This document shows, piece by piece, positions 14,033 to 27,629 of a stretch of DNA of 64,000 nt; the first letter of the stretch is position 1, and each line of letters starts with the position of its first letter. The notes under the pieces were generated by a model. The model searched no databases. It had not been told where the DNA came from and was given only the letters and a program-made list of their open reading frames with translations. This DNA is from Eledone cirrhosa. Lineage: Eukaryota. The translations under genes and the position numbers were made by a program. The stretch lies in the NCBI GenBank assembly GCA_964016885.1, contig OZ024758.1, positions 11,966,001 to 12,030,000 on the forward strand, given 5' to 3'.

Positions 14033-14492
14033 GATCTGTGGTCGTCGCCGTCGATTGCGCATGCTCAAGACTATCCACGGATAAGAAGCTTTTTCAAGAT
14101 TTTAATCGTCTTTTTATTTCCTGGTGGCGGCTTACAGGTTGGAAAAGTGGAGGGAGAGTGACCGCCGCCCACCCAACGTGGCCTTACCAAGCCCAAATGA
14201 AAGCCTCCCCAATGGAACATCTCTTAGCAGAAAGGACTGGGTAACCCTAAACAGGGCCAGAGCAAAAACGGGAAAAACTGGAGACAACCTCCACAAGTGG
14301 GGATTGGCCACCTGCGTTGAGTGCCCCTGCGTCGAGACCTCCCAGACCATAGCCCGCATCCTCCGTGGGTGCTCACTGGGACCCACTGGGACCCACTTGC
14401 TCCGACCAAGACCTGATGGAAGCAAACGACGCTGCACTTCAATGGATACGGCACTGGCGAGACAAGATATGATGGTGATGATCTGCGGTCGT
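14033..14492 (+). mobile_element. 5'-truncated Ingi/Vingi-like (I-group) LINE with 5' inversion and 13-bp TSD
   Basis: WVTLNRARAKTGK...LHKWG...CPC..QT..I..C zinc-knuckle remnant on +; RLKS*KSF motif on - at about 14046-14115; (GAT)n tail; gatctgYggtcgt at 14033-14045 and 14480-14492. Confidence 0.75.
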
Positions 14493-14776
14493 AGATTCAA
14501 TTCTTGGATTAGGTAACAGGAAAGCTGGTTTTCCCTCTCTCCATATGTACCAACTTTTGCATATGTAATATAACACGTACGTCTTGTGCAATTCCATGTT
14601 ATAGGAGTCTTGAAAACGGCACTGAAGAGAAATATAAAATCTTGAACAATCCGTTGTCTCCTCATAGGTTACAGAGGTAGCTCTGAATTGATAAAATATA
14701 AAATACCAATATCCTGACTCAGATAGTTTTATTATACTGAAAAATGTTTTATATGGATTCAAGTAAAATACTATCC

Positions 14777-14845
<69 letters not shown>

Positions 14846-14924
14846 ACACACACACACGAACACACACGCACGCACATACTAACATGCCCACACACAGTTA
14901 CACACATATATATATATATATATA

Positions 14925-14962
14925 TGTCCTCTTTGGATTTTAGTCTTCAAATTTATTATTAT

Positions 14963-15053
<91 letters not shown>

Positions 15054-15230
15054 TATGTATATATATATATACATATATAGTAATAATAATAAATTTGAAG
15101 ACAGATTAAAGTTTAAGCAAAGAATCTGTTATTTTAATAAATATTTGCGCTAGGGTTCTTATATATTTGATATATATTTATCCTTATGGAGTCCTCTTTG
15201 GATTTTAGTCTTCAAATTTATTATTATTAC

Positions 15231-15315
<85 letters not shown>

Positions 15316-15450
15316 ATAATGATAAATTTGAAGACTAAAATCCAAAGAGGACTCCATAAGGATAAATATATATCAAATATATAAGAACCCTAGCGCAAAT
15401 ATTTATTAAAATAACAGATTCTTTGCTTAAACTTTAATCTGTTATTTTAA
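14925..15450. repeat. Cluster of family A fragments in alternating orientation separated by (TA)n
   Basis: About 15105-15232 is the reverse complement of about 15312-15440 around (TA)n; further partial copies at 14925-14968 and 15079-15140. Confidence 0.85.
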
Positions 15451-15480
15451 TTAATAAATAAATAAATATATATATATATA

Positions 15481-15882
15481 TAATAAATCAGGAAAGAAGA
15501 GTGACACGGTTTTCTATACAAAAAAGTTTTTAATCTCATTGCTGATAATTGTTTCTCTGAACTGGTAGGTCTAGAGATCCCTATCCGCTTATTTTCACGT
15601 TACTCGATCACCAATACAAAGTTATAACCAGTCAATTCATCGTAGCTTGTGAGAATGAAAAGAATATACTACCATATATGGTAGCCATGCCTGTATATTC
15701 TTTTCATTCTCACAAGTTCCGATGAATTGACTGGTTATAACTTTGTATTGGTGATCGAGTAACGTGAAAATTAGCGTGTAGGGATCTCTAGACCTACCAG
15801 TTCAGAGAAACAATTATCAGCAATGAGATTAAAAACTTTTTTGTATAGAAAACAGTGTCACTCTTCTTTCCTGATTTATTAT
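15481..15882. repeat. Fold-back inverted repeat with about 185-bp arms starting at a (TA)n tract (family D)
   Basis: 15481-15669 pairs with 15692-15882; the spacer contains the palindrome ctaccatatatggtag. Confidence 0.9.
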
Positions 15883-16044
15883 TACTCCAAGTGTTTACAA
15901 CATAGGAATTGCAGCATACTCGCAGCATCACTATGCAAACGCCTTGTTGAGTCAAACTTAGCCAAGCGTTAATATCATCCACTACCCGGAGTACCATAAC
16001 TGGACTACACCTAAGTGGACTACCTATAACAATAATTTGTTACC

Positions 16045-16133
<89 letters not shown>

Positions 16134-16144
16134 TAGAAGGGATA

Positions 16145-16261
<117 letters not shown>

Positions 16262-16387
16262 GTAGAAGGGATATTTAATTTGTTGGAAATACAACAAATA
16301 TTTATAACTGAATCAGAGCACTCGCCAGATTTCTGGAGTAAATATTCAATGATATTAAATGGAAACTATATTTATAAAACGATATTT

Positions 16388-16446
16388 ATTCAATTATATA
16401 TATTTCAAGGGTACCAACATTTTGGTTCGCTATCATCAGATAAAAT
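16388..16446 (-). ncRNA. Type-I hammerhead ribozyme motif
   Basis: Minus strand: attttat CTGATGA tagcgaaccaa-aatg-ttggtaccctt GAAA tatata TA attgaat. Stem I has one mismatch; stem III is palindromic. Confidence 0.7.
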
Positions 16447-16538
16447 ACAAAATGTTTTATAAAAGACTTTCCAGGGATAACTTGAACCGTTAAGGTATAT
16501 TATCCTTGGTCATGTCAAATATTTATAAAACTTTTTGA

Positions 16539-16597
16539 ATTTTATCTGATGATAGCGTACCAAAATGTTGGTACCCTTTAAATAAATATAATTGAAT
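16539..16597 (+). ncRNA. Hammerhead motif copy, probably inactive (GAAA changed to TAAA)
   Basis: CTGATGA at 16546, stem II gtaccaa/ttggtac, then TAAA instead of GAAA. Confidence 0.55.
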
Positions 16598-17322
16598 AAA
16601 TATGGTTTTATAAATATAGTTTCCATTGAATATCATTGAATATATATATATATTGGAAAATATGTGAGATCCTTGGTACAGTTAGGTATATTTGAAAAAA
16701 AGGAAAAGAATGACTTCAGTTGTAGTATTAAAAAATGTTTGATTTAATGTTCATAATATTATGAGTTGGTAAATCATTTAAATTGTTAACTACTTTCAAC
16801 TTTGTACGAATTATTTATGACCTGACTGACATATGTACTTCTTTTCACATGAGACCTGGTATAAGTGAGAGATGTCTAATTTTTGAATTTCACAGCTAAT
16901 ATTTTAATTATAATTGAGTTACCTGATACTGCTAGCATAACAAGTAAATAGATAAATAAATAAATAAATGGACATGAAGGGGACGGTGTTTGATATTGAA
17001 ATGGAGAAAGAAATGATTAATTAATTAGTAGCTTTTATTTCATTAATATAGTGTAATATGTATCATCATTGACTACTAATGTCAAGCAGGTCTGTCACAT
17101 AATTTTCTTTGATGACACAGGTGATTACTAATTAACGGTGAGAGAAACATCAACATAAAAATAAGTTATATGAAAAGTGCACTCTGAAATGATGTTTCAC
17201 AATTTGATTAAAGTTTATACGAAAATATTACTTTACAAATTTCTTCCTTTACCTCTTGTAGCCCATGAGTGGTGGTCATGTTGTGGTAGGGATATTGCTT
17301 GTAGTCGAGACAATGTTGAAAT

Positions 17323-17513
17323 ATAATTGTTTCTACTTTTGGCAGAGGGCCAGCAATTATCCCAGTGCATAAAGTGGTACTTTGTTTTATCGACCCGGTA
17401 AGGATGAAACGCAGTTAACCTCGGCGGGATTTGAACTCTGAATGGCAAGGGCTGTAACTCTTTACGTCAAAGCCTGGTGTCCGACCCTCTCCCGATACTG
17501 CCAATCCACCGCC
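17323..17513 (-). mobile_element. tRNA-derived SINE (main family)
   Basis: Full-length reverse-complement match to the family. Confidence 0.9.
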
Positions 17514-17586
17514 GTTGAACTCTAATATATATCATTACCAACGTATAGAATAGAATGGGTTTCTTTATATTATTATCGTTTTCGAA

Positions 17587-17818
17587 GGCGGTGGATTGGC
17601 AGTATATGTAGAGGGTCTGACGCCATGCTTTATAGCAAAGAGTTACGCCCCTTTACGACTGAGTTCAAATCCCGCCGAGGTTAACTTTGTCTTTCTTCCT
17701 TACGGAGTCGCAAGTCTTTTGGAGCAATTTAAGACAATGCAATGTGATATGACCCTGTAAGTACTAGTAATGCACTGAGGTAATTGTTGGCCTTGTGCCA
17801 AAAAATAGAAACAGTTAT
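17587..17818 (+). mobile_element. tRNA-derived SINE with about 48 bp of foreign insertion
   Basis: Family match interrupted at about 17711-17758, where ataaaata is replaced by unrelated sequence. Confidence 0.85.
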
Positions 17819-19012
17819 TTTGATCTGGCAAATCTTATTTCACTATGCTGCAATATATTTTCAAATGTTGTTGAAGCTAATAATGTGATTCTATGACAAG
17901 GACTGCTAACACAATGAGAATATATTCTCTTATTTCTTACATTTTTCAGTTGAGATTTTCAATTTAAGACAGAACCAATCATTAATTATTTTCTTTAACG
18001 CAATTATTATCACGTATTGGTCAGGAACCATATATTTTAATAGAAATTACCAATATCTCCAGCACTCACCTACAAATCACTTTAAACATTTGGTAACAGT
18101 GATATTGAAATTAGATTATTCTAAGCATGGTAATAAATCTATACTTGAAGATAACTGGGTAGGTGGAAATATTATCTGTATGGGAATATATGGGTAGTCA
18201 TTATTATATTTATAAGAATATGAATTCTGTGTTTGTAAATCTGAAAGTTTCTTGAAATAATAGGTTAATAGTGGGAGATTTAATGTCTACATTACATGAG
18301 TGAATGTTCTAGATTGAACTGATTGTATTTGGTTGTATCTAAGCTATGTGACATGATATTTGTATACGGTTATATCCGGGACTCGATGAAATATGTGAAT
18401 TTGAGCAAAGACGTACTATAGAAGTGTTAGATAACTTCCATTGAAAACATTCGTTCGTTTAAGAATAACAACGACAGAAGAATTGCTATATAGAATAATC
18501 TGCTCAAGCGCAGAGATGCTATACAGACTTACAGATTCGACTGTACTTCCTTTATGTTCTGCTAGAAATATTACATAATTCACAACAAATTGTGTACAGA
18601 AAGGCATAATATATATTCTCAAAACCTCAAGTAGATCATTTCTAATATATATTTGCTAATATATATTCTCTAAACCTCAAATGCAACATTCCTAATTTCC
18701 ACATGCTGCTAAGATGGTCACTGGGAAACTTGACTCTTTTTATAACTGTTATAGATAATCCTTATTTCTTTCACAATTCTTTAAAGCAATGTCCCTTTTC
18801 ACACTGTAATAAAGGGAAGAAAGAGCAGGTCATCATATCGGCTCCAGAAAACGGAGATTCATGTCGTGTTTAATTTTCATCGCTCCTCTTTGTTTTCGTT
18901 GTCGGTCGCTTGATTATTTTTCGATGTGTGATAGAATGAAATCTAAGATAGATCAATATCTAAATTAACATGTATCTGGTTTTACAACCATGTAATTATT
19001 AGCGTTAAATTT

Positions 19013-19200
19013 GTGGATTAGCAGTATCGGTAGAGGGTTGGACGCCATGCTTTCCAACATAGAATTATGTCCCTTTAATGTCTGAGTTCAAGTCCCACCG
19101 AAGTTAACTTTGCATTTCATCCTTGCGGGGTCGATAAAATAAAGTACCAGTAATGTACTGAGGTAATTGCTGGCCTTGTGCCGAAAGTAGAAACAATTAT
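19013..19200 (+). mobile_element. tRNA-derived SINE with 16-bp TSD
   Basis: Family match; attattagYgttaaat on both sides. Confidence 0.9.
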
Positions 19201-19934
19201 TAGTGTTAAATACTGTAGAAGAATCTACCGTTACGTTTATCTACTTCAAACGTTCGAACAACTATGTTTTCCCTAGAACTTTATAAGTTTTCCTATGAAG
19301 TCATTTTGAGAAAAGTAGAATTATTTGTCTAAGTAACACTCCCTGATTATATTTATGCGATCCGATTAACTAACTAACATCAATGTACCCAATGAAAACA
19401 TAAATCCATAATATGATATAGCATTCGTTTCACTTCTTGACAGTCGCATTGTTCTTACATTTTGATGATCTAACACTTTATAATCTTAGGTTTTACAGAT
19501 TTCACATGGGATTGCATCTGCTGACGTGACATAATATCGGCTAGTTTTTATTCCTCTGACAAATATACACTAAGAACTCAATATATTAATAAAGATATTA
19601 ATAACTACTGCGCCTAACTAAATTATGCAAGCTGGACAAAATCAATAATAAATAATATAATGGAATTATTTGGTTGGGGAGGGTGAGTGGAAATCGTAAT
19701 TACTATTTTAATGATTTTAAATGTTCACCCTTTCCTGTTGTGATTCCGAGTAAAATATAATAAGAAAATGTTACAAATATACATATAATTAGGTAACATA
19801 TGGTTGTTATTAATGGTTGTTAAGATGGCCCTACCATATTGTGTGCTATAATAGGCTGCCACCATAGAACGTTATGTTTTTATAGCATAAAGTATATTTT
19901 GTTAAATGTTTCAGATGTGATGTTCTATTATTTG

Positions 19935-20420
19935 ATTGGTAATAGCATTAGAGCGTCGGACAAAATGCAATGCAGCATTTAGTTACGGGCGTTTAGGCTC
20001 TGATTTTAAATCCCGTCGTGGTCAACATGGCGTTTCCTTTTCCGCGGCTGGTAGGAAATCTGCCAACCTCCATAAAACCCGAGTACCATGAAACAGGTGC
20101 CCCTAAATGGGTAGGAATGCGGCAAAATAGGGAAAATTTTACATAATGAAATCTATACCAATTTTCATAAGAGAAGTCACCTCTCACCCACCCTAAAGTG
20201 AGTGGAAGATCTCCGCATCGGACGGGGAGAGTTGACAAGTCTGTATAGCGTCGGACAAAATGTGATGCAGTATTTAGTTGCGGACGTTCAGCTTCTGATT
20301 TCAAATCCCGTTGAGGTCAACATGGCCTTTCTTTGACGTCATTGGTAGAATAATTTCCATTAAAGTATTTGAGTTAGTTTAATCGACTTTGGCTACACAC
20401 ATCTACTGGAATTGGGCATA
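19935..20420 (+). mobile_element. Two degraded SINE heads flanking a MITE
   Basis: gcgtcggacaaaatg...tctgatttYaaatcccg...ggtcaacatggc repeated at about 19952-20040 and 20248-20333. Confidence 0.6.
20055..20243 (-). mobile_element. About 190-bp MITE (family shared with 63453-63648)
   Basis: Diverged reverse-complement homologue of 63453-63648; degenerate TIR cagacYtgYcaa. Confidence 0.65.
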
Positions 20421-21000
20421 TACTAGACACAATTATTGTAATGAAAAGAAATGTCAATTCACCAATGAATATGTCATCAGATGATGGGATTCTCTTATTA
20501 TTCATATATTTCTTATTAGCATATTCGGAATATCATTAGAAAATGTTGCTAATTATTATTACGTCTATATTTCAGTCAATAAAATACACATATCGGATTC
20601 TACGATAGAATTCAAAGCAGACTCTTTAATATTAATGTAACGCTTCTGGGAATAGCAGAAGATATGTTTGAATCAATGGCTGGTATTCTCTCAGTTTGCC
20701 TCTTGGAATCATTTCTATTTTACATGAATAATTATATATGACAACTGATAAAATTAAAACGACTGTTCTCATTTTATATATAGAACGGTGTCTATTATTG
20801 ACAAAGTGATAATATATTAACCGAATAAAGACAACAGTGTTTATGAAACAAATTTAAGGTTTCGTTGTGCTTGCAATTGAATATTCTCATGAAACAATAA
20901 TTTATTTCAATAAACATTCGGTAAGAATGACAATTGAGTTAAATCAGTTAATTTCAATTAAATATTTTCATAATGAATCGTGTTTGCTTGCTAATTTGGG

Positions 21001-21651
21001 ATTTCTGATTTAGGCACAAGGCCAACAATTCTGGGGTAGATCGAGTTCTATTAAATCAACCCTCGTGAATTAGTGGTACTTTATTATAACGACCCCGCAA
21101 AGACATCAGAACATAAAAAGCCATAACAATATGCCACAATGCATGCCGTTCGTTGCTCTACCGATACTGCAAATACACTGCCCTTTTTCCTGCTAATGAT
21201 GGGTTTCTGATTTAGACACAAGGCCAGTAATTTGAAGGGGAGAGGAAAGTCGATTAAATCGACCCCAGTGCATTACTGGTGCCTTATATTATTGACCGCT
21301 TAAGGATGAAAGGCAAAGCTAACCTCGGCGGGATTTGAACTGAGAACGTAAAGTGACGTAACCTTATGCTGTGAAGCATACTATCTGATCTTCTAAGGAT
21401 ACTACCAATCCCTTGCCGTTTTGCTTGCTAATAATGGTTTCTTATATAGACACAAGGCCAGCAATTTGGGGGAAGGGGAAAGGCGATTAAATCGAACCCA
21501 GCTGAATGACAGATAATTTTATTATATTGACCCCCGTAAGGATGAAAGGCAAAGTTAACCTCGGCAGGATTTGAACTCACATCATAAAGAGCCGTAACTC
21601 TATGCTGCAAAGCATGGTGTCTGACTCTCTACCGATACTACCAATCCACCG
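21001..21651 (-). mobile_element. Three tandem SINEs of the long subfamily
   Basis: Units at about 21001-21183, 21202-21417 and 21430-21651; each has an extra roughly 30-nt cgattaaatcga segment missing from the short subfamily. Confidence 0.85.
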
Positions 21652-23315
21652 ATGTTTCGCTTGCTAATAACAATATTCTCTGACCGCTTTCCCGTTCTAA
21701 ACATAAAGCTATTTCATAACCACGAATGATAAGTATTTTTCACCGAAACTCTGTATGTTAATAGGGATTGCTACAATTGCAAAGTGATATCAAATATTAC
21801 AATTCAGAGTTTTATCTTCGCAATCTAACTACTAACAATTTAGACACATACAATTATGATAAGCTTATTGCTATAAGATGGAACTGTTGATAAAATATAT
21901 GTAGATGATATTTCCGAATACTTGAACTAAGATTTGCCAACTGATGCATATTTCCTTGTATGATAGGGTGATGTTAACCCGAGACTGCTTTTCTTTTCAG
22001 TTGACTCTGAATATAAAATATTGCTAGTTACTTGGTACAAATGGTCGACATATATTGTCATTACATTCATCTCAAATATATGGACAAACATCATGAATTT
22101 CAAAACATTATTTTCAACGAAATGTCAGCTCCTAATAAGATTAAACTTTTCTATTCTAAGCATAAAGAATGTCTGATAATAAAGAAACTTGAAGGTAGTT
22201 GAAAATAAAGAAAGTATTGAACGATGTTGGTTAACCTCAAATACTAACATAAAAATACCATTGAATAGACGTTCAGACATTGGTGTCCTGTTTAAAATAT
22301 AAACTTATTTTGTTATCTATTATGAATCCATTAAGATATTTTGGTAAACTTTATCCGAAAGTAAAACAATTTAAAAACTTATTAAAGTTACTCAGTCGAT
22401 AAAATAAAGTACCAGTAATACACTGGGTAATTGCTGGCCTTGTGCCAAAAGTAGAAACAATTATAATGTTTTGGAGTGGAAATAAAAGGAAAATTTGGAA
22501 TCTATTTCATTCATGGGATAATGTTTAGGATGCTGGACTTACGGTTATAATTCGATGGAGAGGGGGGGGGGAGAATTATGGCTAAAGACCCCCTTTGGTC
22601 ACGCAGGGCCATGGGATTTGTTTCTATAAGGTTCCGCTCCGAGGCACAAGTCCTAGTAAGGTTGTTTATGGAAGACCGTGTATGCCGGTCTCTCTCTCTC
22701 TATTTATTTCTATTTCTCTCTCTTTCTCTCTATTTCTCTCTATTTCTCTCTATTTCTCCCCCTCCCCCTCTCTCCCCCCTCTCTCTCTCTCTCTCTCTTA
22801 AATACAGATTACTGGCGAAACTAAACATTCGATCATATAAACAGATGCTTTATGATTTCACCTATTACTATTTGACGCCATCGTAAACGTCTGTTGTTAA
22901 TTGCATAAGAGATAAATTAGTGACTGCGCATGTCACTGTCATATGTCCAGCTTGAAGTAATCTCCAGGGTTTAGACATTGTTAACAATGGCGGAAAGTGG
23001 CAGATCACACGGAATTTGGAATTGTATATAATTCCCATCTGATTGTTCTTATGTTAATGAGATTTCATCGCATTGTCATCCATTCCATGTGGCGCCTCCC
23101 CATTAACAGGATCACACTATAGAATAAACAGTTGGAGATTCCAACAATCATATTGTCTAATTGTAAGAGGAATCTATGTGATTGACTAGATAATGTAGGT
23201 TGTTTCTCTGGCAACTATGGAGCAGTGGGGTGTTCTATTGGTGTGAATTTCCACATATCATTGCGTGGAAGTCATAAAAAAACTTAATTCCGGAACCATC
23301 TGCGATTTGATATAT

Positions 23316-23350
23316 TCCTATATATAAAACTGAGATTGTGTGTGTGTGTG

Positions 23351-23443
<93 letters not shown>

Positions 23444-24002
23444 TTGAATCTCTAAAACTCGAGAGGTACCCAACCGATTTTTTTCCAACTTTACATGTGT
23501 ATTACTTATGTTTCAACTTTTTGATCCCCTAGGGCAGGCATTAGGTGAAAATCTGCGTTTGTTCAGCTTTTTAGGGTTTTTTTGAGGCGTTACATCGGAC
23601 CAATTTCCTTGAAATTGTAACTATGTATTAGTCAGTCTCTTCTTCATACCGTGCGCAAAGAAAATCCAACTTTTTTATGGCCCGCATTAGGTGAAACACT
23701 TCATCTTTTCAGCTTTTTATGGCTTTTTTGAGGCGTTACGTCGAGCCGATTTTCCCGAAATTTCAAGGCATATTATGCACAATAAAAAGTTCATTTTCTT
23801 GATCCCCTAGGCTCCGCATTCGGTGAAAACCTGCATTTTTCCTGCTTCATCGAGGAAAATCTTAAAGATTATCCAGCCATCAAAGTATTCGGTTTATTTT
23901 CTTTACATATTGTCCAGGCATGCAGTTTTTCCACGATTAGGTCTGTTGGCGGCCCGCGTTCCAAAATACCTTATCCCGTGCAACGCCGGGTACCACTGCT
24001 AG
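23316..24002 (+). mobile_element. Non-autonomous Helitron (about 690 bp)
   Basis: 5' TCctatatataaaa followed by (TG)n; three internal repeats of about 120 bp; subterminal hairpin cccgtgcaacgccggg; 3' CTAG followed by T. Confidence 0.85.
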
Positions 24003-24204
24003 TGACCTATAAATCCGAAGAATTGTGATCAGGAGCCAGAATCTCAGTTGATCGACCAATTCTATTCAATATCAAATTCACTTTGAAGTTGTAATTTATA
24101 AGCCTGCCAATTAGTCTGTTCTTATTAAGAACACCTATTACAATATAAACGGTGTTTGATTGGATTAGATATATCTTTCGTGGTCACTCGACATACAAAC
24201 CCAT

Positions 24205-24415
24205 GTTCTTCTTCTTTTCACCGGCCACTTATTCCTGTAACGAATCCTCAAACACACCCCACCCCCACCCCACAGCAGCTCCTGTCAGAAGCAATTGCCT
24301 CCAACTGATCCGGCTGGATCCCCAAGTGTGACCAGCCAAGCTCATGGATGCTATGTAACCATCCTTCTCGGCGGTCTACCCCTGGATATGCTACCTGTTG
24401 GTTTCAGCCATAGCT
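24205..24415 (-). mobile_element. RTE LINE 3' remnant (same family as 1680-1948)
   Basis: gatccggctggatccccaagtgtgaccagccaagctcatggatg is a near reverse complement of 1811-1855. Confidence 0.7.
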
Positions 24416-25453
24416 TACGCACGTAACTGAGCACAGACCCATAGGTCAATTTACTACGGTTGATAAGACTGTTTACTTCTTACGGCTGAGAAACAATTTT
24501 AACCATAGATCTCTTGAAGGAAGACCAACCTAGACCAGAGGAAAAATAAATATGAAGGTGGAGTGCCAATAATGCAGAAACAAAAAGGGGGTTGTTAGAT
24601 TGTTACTCAGTCAGTTAAAGATAACAGATAAAGTAACTCAATACACAAGATATTCTCTTTCAGTAGAATATGTTGGATAATGTGATCCTAATTTCCCAGA
24701 ACAGAGATAAATTATGGAATGGTTACATAGAGAATAGCTAACGACACAGGTTAGTTAGATTAGTATCGATCTAGTTAATCAATGAAAAATATTGATATCA
24801 ATATTATAACGTCTCTCATTGGAATCAGTGATATTACAATAATATAATACAATAATATATTACAATAATATATTACAATATGCAGAGAAACAAAATAACG
24901 TGTCAGAGAATGATGAAAGAGACAATATTCTAATTAAGATTCATACAGACACTAGTATCAAAATATATTGATACGATAACTTGCAGAGGAGAAACAAAAG
25001 ACAGAAAAGGTGGCAAACATATCTTCTAATTAATTGTTTATAAGCTGTTAATAAGATATCTGTAAATAATGTAAAAGATATCTCAATATATATTGAAATC
25101 ATAAACATTATATTTCTCTTAGGAACATATCACTTATATATATATACATATTAGAGACCGAGTATGTTTGTATTCACTTATGTGTATGTGTGTATATATA
25201 CGCATGTGGGTATATATGTGTATGCATGTATAAATGTGTATGTATGTATATATAATTGATTTGACTTGGAAATTCATTACTTGCTGTTTGATATGCCTGC
25301 GACAATACATTCATGTTATTTCTGATGGGACCTGCTGGGTGAAAAGAAATTGACAGATTCTAAATTAAAGTGGATTCTCATTGGATATTTAGGAGGGTTT
25401 TCAGTGATTGACTGATTCCAATCGGATAATGGGACATGCCCTATCCAACTACT

Positions 25454-25622
25454 GTCAAATAATGTCAGCTTTGGCTGGACAGAACTCTTATTGCTTCTGT
25501 CTTAATAAATATATTATCGTTTACTGTTTACTTTCAAAATATGTCGGCTTGGCTGGGCAGAACTCTTATTGCTTCTGTCTTAATAAATATATTATCGTTT
25601 ACTGCTTACTATCAAATAATGT
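25454..25622. repeat. Tandem duplication of about 78 bp
   Basis: ttggctggRcagaactcttattgcttctgtcttaataaatatattatcgtttactg occurs twice. Confidence 0.9.
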
Positions 25623-25980
25623 AGATAGCCACAGAATGTTAAGGTATCAGGTGGAATCCTATTGAGAATAATCCAGTGTATTTTGAGAGGGGAATGTTTT
25701 CTGTTCCTCCGGAACTCACACCAGACGTTACTTGGTTGTGGAAATTTCTCTTTTCCTGGACGTTAAAGAATCAATGTGACAACATAATCTTCCAATGGCT
25801 GAAATAGTCACGTAGTATAGTATTTATGAGCACCATTATGGACAACGGGAGTTGTTAACCTGCTTGGAAAAGTAATATACTCGCGTTGGAATTGTGGTTT
25901 GAATTTGACATTTGCATAATTGCTGCCCTTGTTCCTCAAGTAGTAATCACAGTTAGAAATATCTCACAAAAAATGCCTGT

Positions 25981-26172
25981 TAATAATTGTTTCTACTTTT
26001 GGCACAAGGCCAGCAATAAGCCAGTGCATTACTGGTACTTTATTTTATGGACCCCGTAAGGATGAAAAGCAAAGTTAACCTCGGCGGCATTTGAACTCAG
26101 AATAGCAAGAGTCGTAACTATATGCATAAAAGCATGGCATCCGACCCTCTACCGTTACTGACAATCCACCTT
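25981..26172 (-). mobile_element. tRNA-derived SINE with 15-bp TSD
   Basis: Family match; tgcctgttaataatt at 25974 and 26179. Confidence 0.9.
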
Positions 26173-26703
26173 CCTGAGTGCCTGTTAATAATTTGATCGA
26201 TTTCACCAGAAAACATTCGAGTGTGTTTACTTGTCAGATCCTCTCGTTTTTGTCAGGTAGTAGTGGTTTATGTGACAAATAATTAACGAGGTTATACGAG
26301 GAGAAACAAATATAAATGTTTCAATCTCTAAGTGTTTATGGTTGTTGATTAATGTCACTTAATCCTCGAATTGAACATGAAGATATGAAAGTAATATTAT
26401 GGAAATAGTGTGACAAATGAGATATATAATATACAACATTTGGCTCCTTCAAACTATCTTTATCTAATTACTCATATCGCTATAAAATGAGGTTAGAGTA
26501 CCATACAATATACTCAACATATAAATATGTATGCTGGGTGATTCATATAATTACCATGGTAAAACATTAGTCATTGAATATAAATGTATTTAATCAATCT
26601 ATTTTTTTTTCATGTGAAAACACTGCTAACATTCTAATATCAAATATTTCATCAAAGACATGCTCATCACGCATGCGCCCACACACACACGCGCGCGCGC
26701 GCA

Positions 26704-26829
<126 letters not shown>

Positions 26830-27009
26830 ATAAAGTGACAATCATATTTTGCATGTTTTGTTTTATTGGCAATGCTGGCAACACAACCATCTACAAATAG
26901 GCCAATATCGGTCTCACACACGATTTCACATCGATGATCCTGTAAAACTAATGCATTAAATAATAAAGCCTTGGAAATCTAAATAAAAATAATAATAATA
27001 ATAATAATA

Positions 27010-27598
27010 TAATAATTGTTTCTACTTTAGGCAGAAGGCCAGCAATTACCCAGTGCATTACTGGTACTATATTTTATCGACCTTGTAAGGATGAAAGGCA
27101 AAGTTAACCTCGGCGGGATTTGAACTCAGATCGTAAAGGGACGTAATTATGCTGGAAAGCATGACGTCCGACCCTCTACCGATACTGCCAATCCAATAAT
27201 AATAATTGTTTCTACGTTTGGCACAAGGCCAGCAATTACCCAGTGCACTACTGGTACTTTATTTTATCGACTCCGTAAGGATGAAAGGCAAAGTTAACCT
27301 CGGCGGAATTTGAACTCAGAATGGCAAGGGTCGTAACTCTATACGTCAAATATGGCGTCCGACCCTCTACCAATACTGCCAATCCACCGCCCTCCAATAA
27401 TAATAATAATAATTGTTTCTACTTTTGGCACAAGGCCAGCAAGAACCCAGTATATTACTGGTACTTTATTTTGTCGTCCACCGTAAGGATGAAAGGCAAA
27501 GTTAATCTCGGTGGGATTTGAACTCAGAATGTAAAGGGACGTAACTATGCTAGAAAGCATGGCATCCAACCCTCTACCGATACTGCCAATTCACCGCC
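27010..27598 (-). mobile_element. Three tandem SINEs separated by (AAT)n
   Basis: Units at about 27010-27195, 27201-27391 and 27409-27598. Confidence 0.9.
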
Positions 27599-27629
27599 AT
27601 TTTATAATAATAATAATAATAATAATAAT

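Larger units (their letters stand above)
16342..16643. repeat. Fold-back inverted repeat with about 120-bp arms, each carrying a hammerhead motif
   Basis: 16342-16462 pairs with about 16522-16643 and ends in (TA)n. Confidence 0.85.

Noticed and set aside
15715-15790. ccGATGA...GAAA as a hammerhead
   Set aside because: The core is altered and no convincing stems I-III could be formed.
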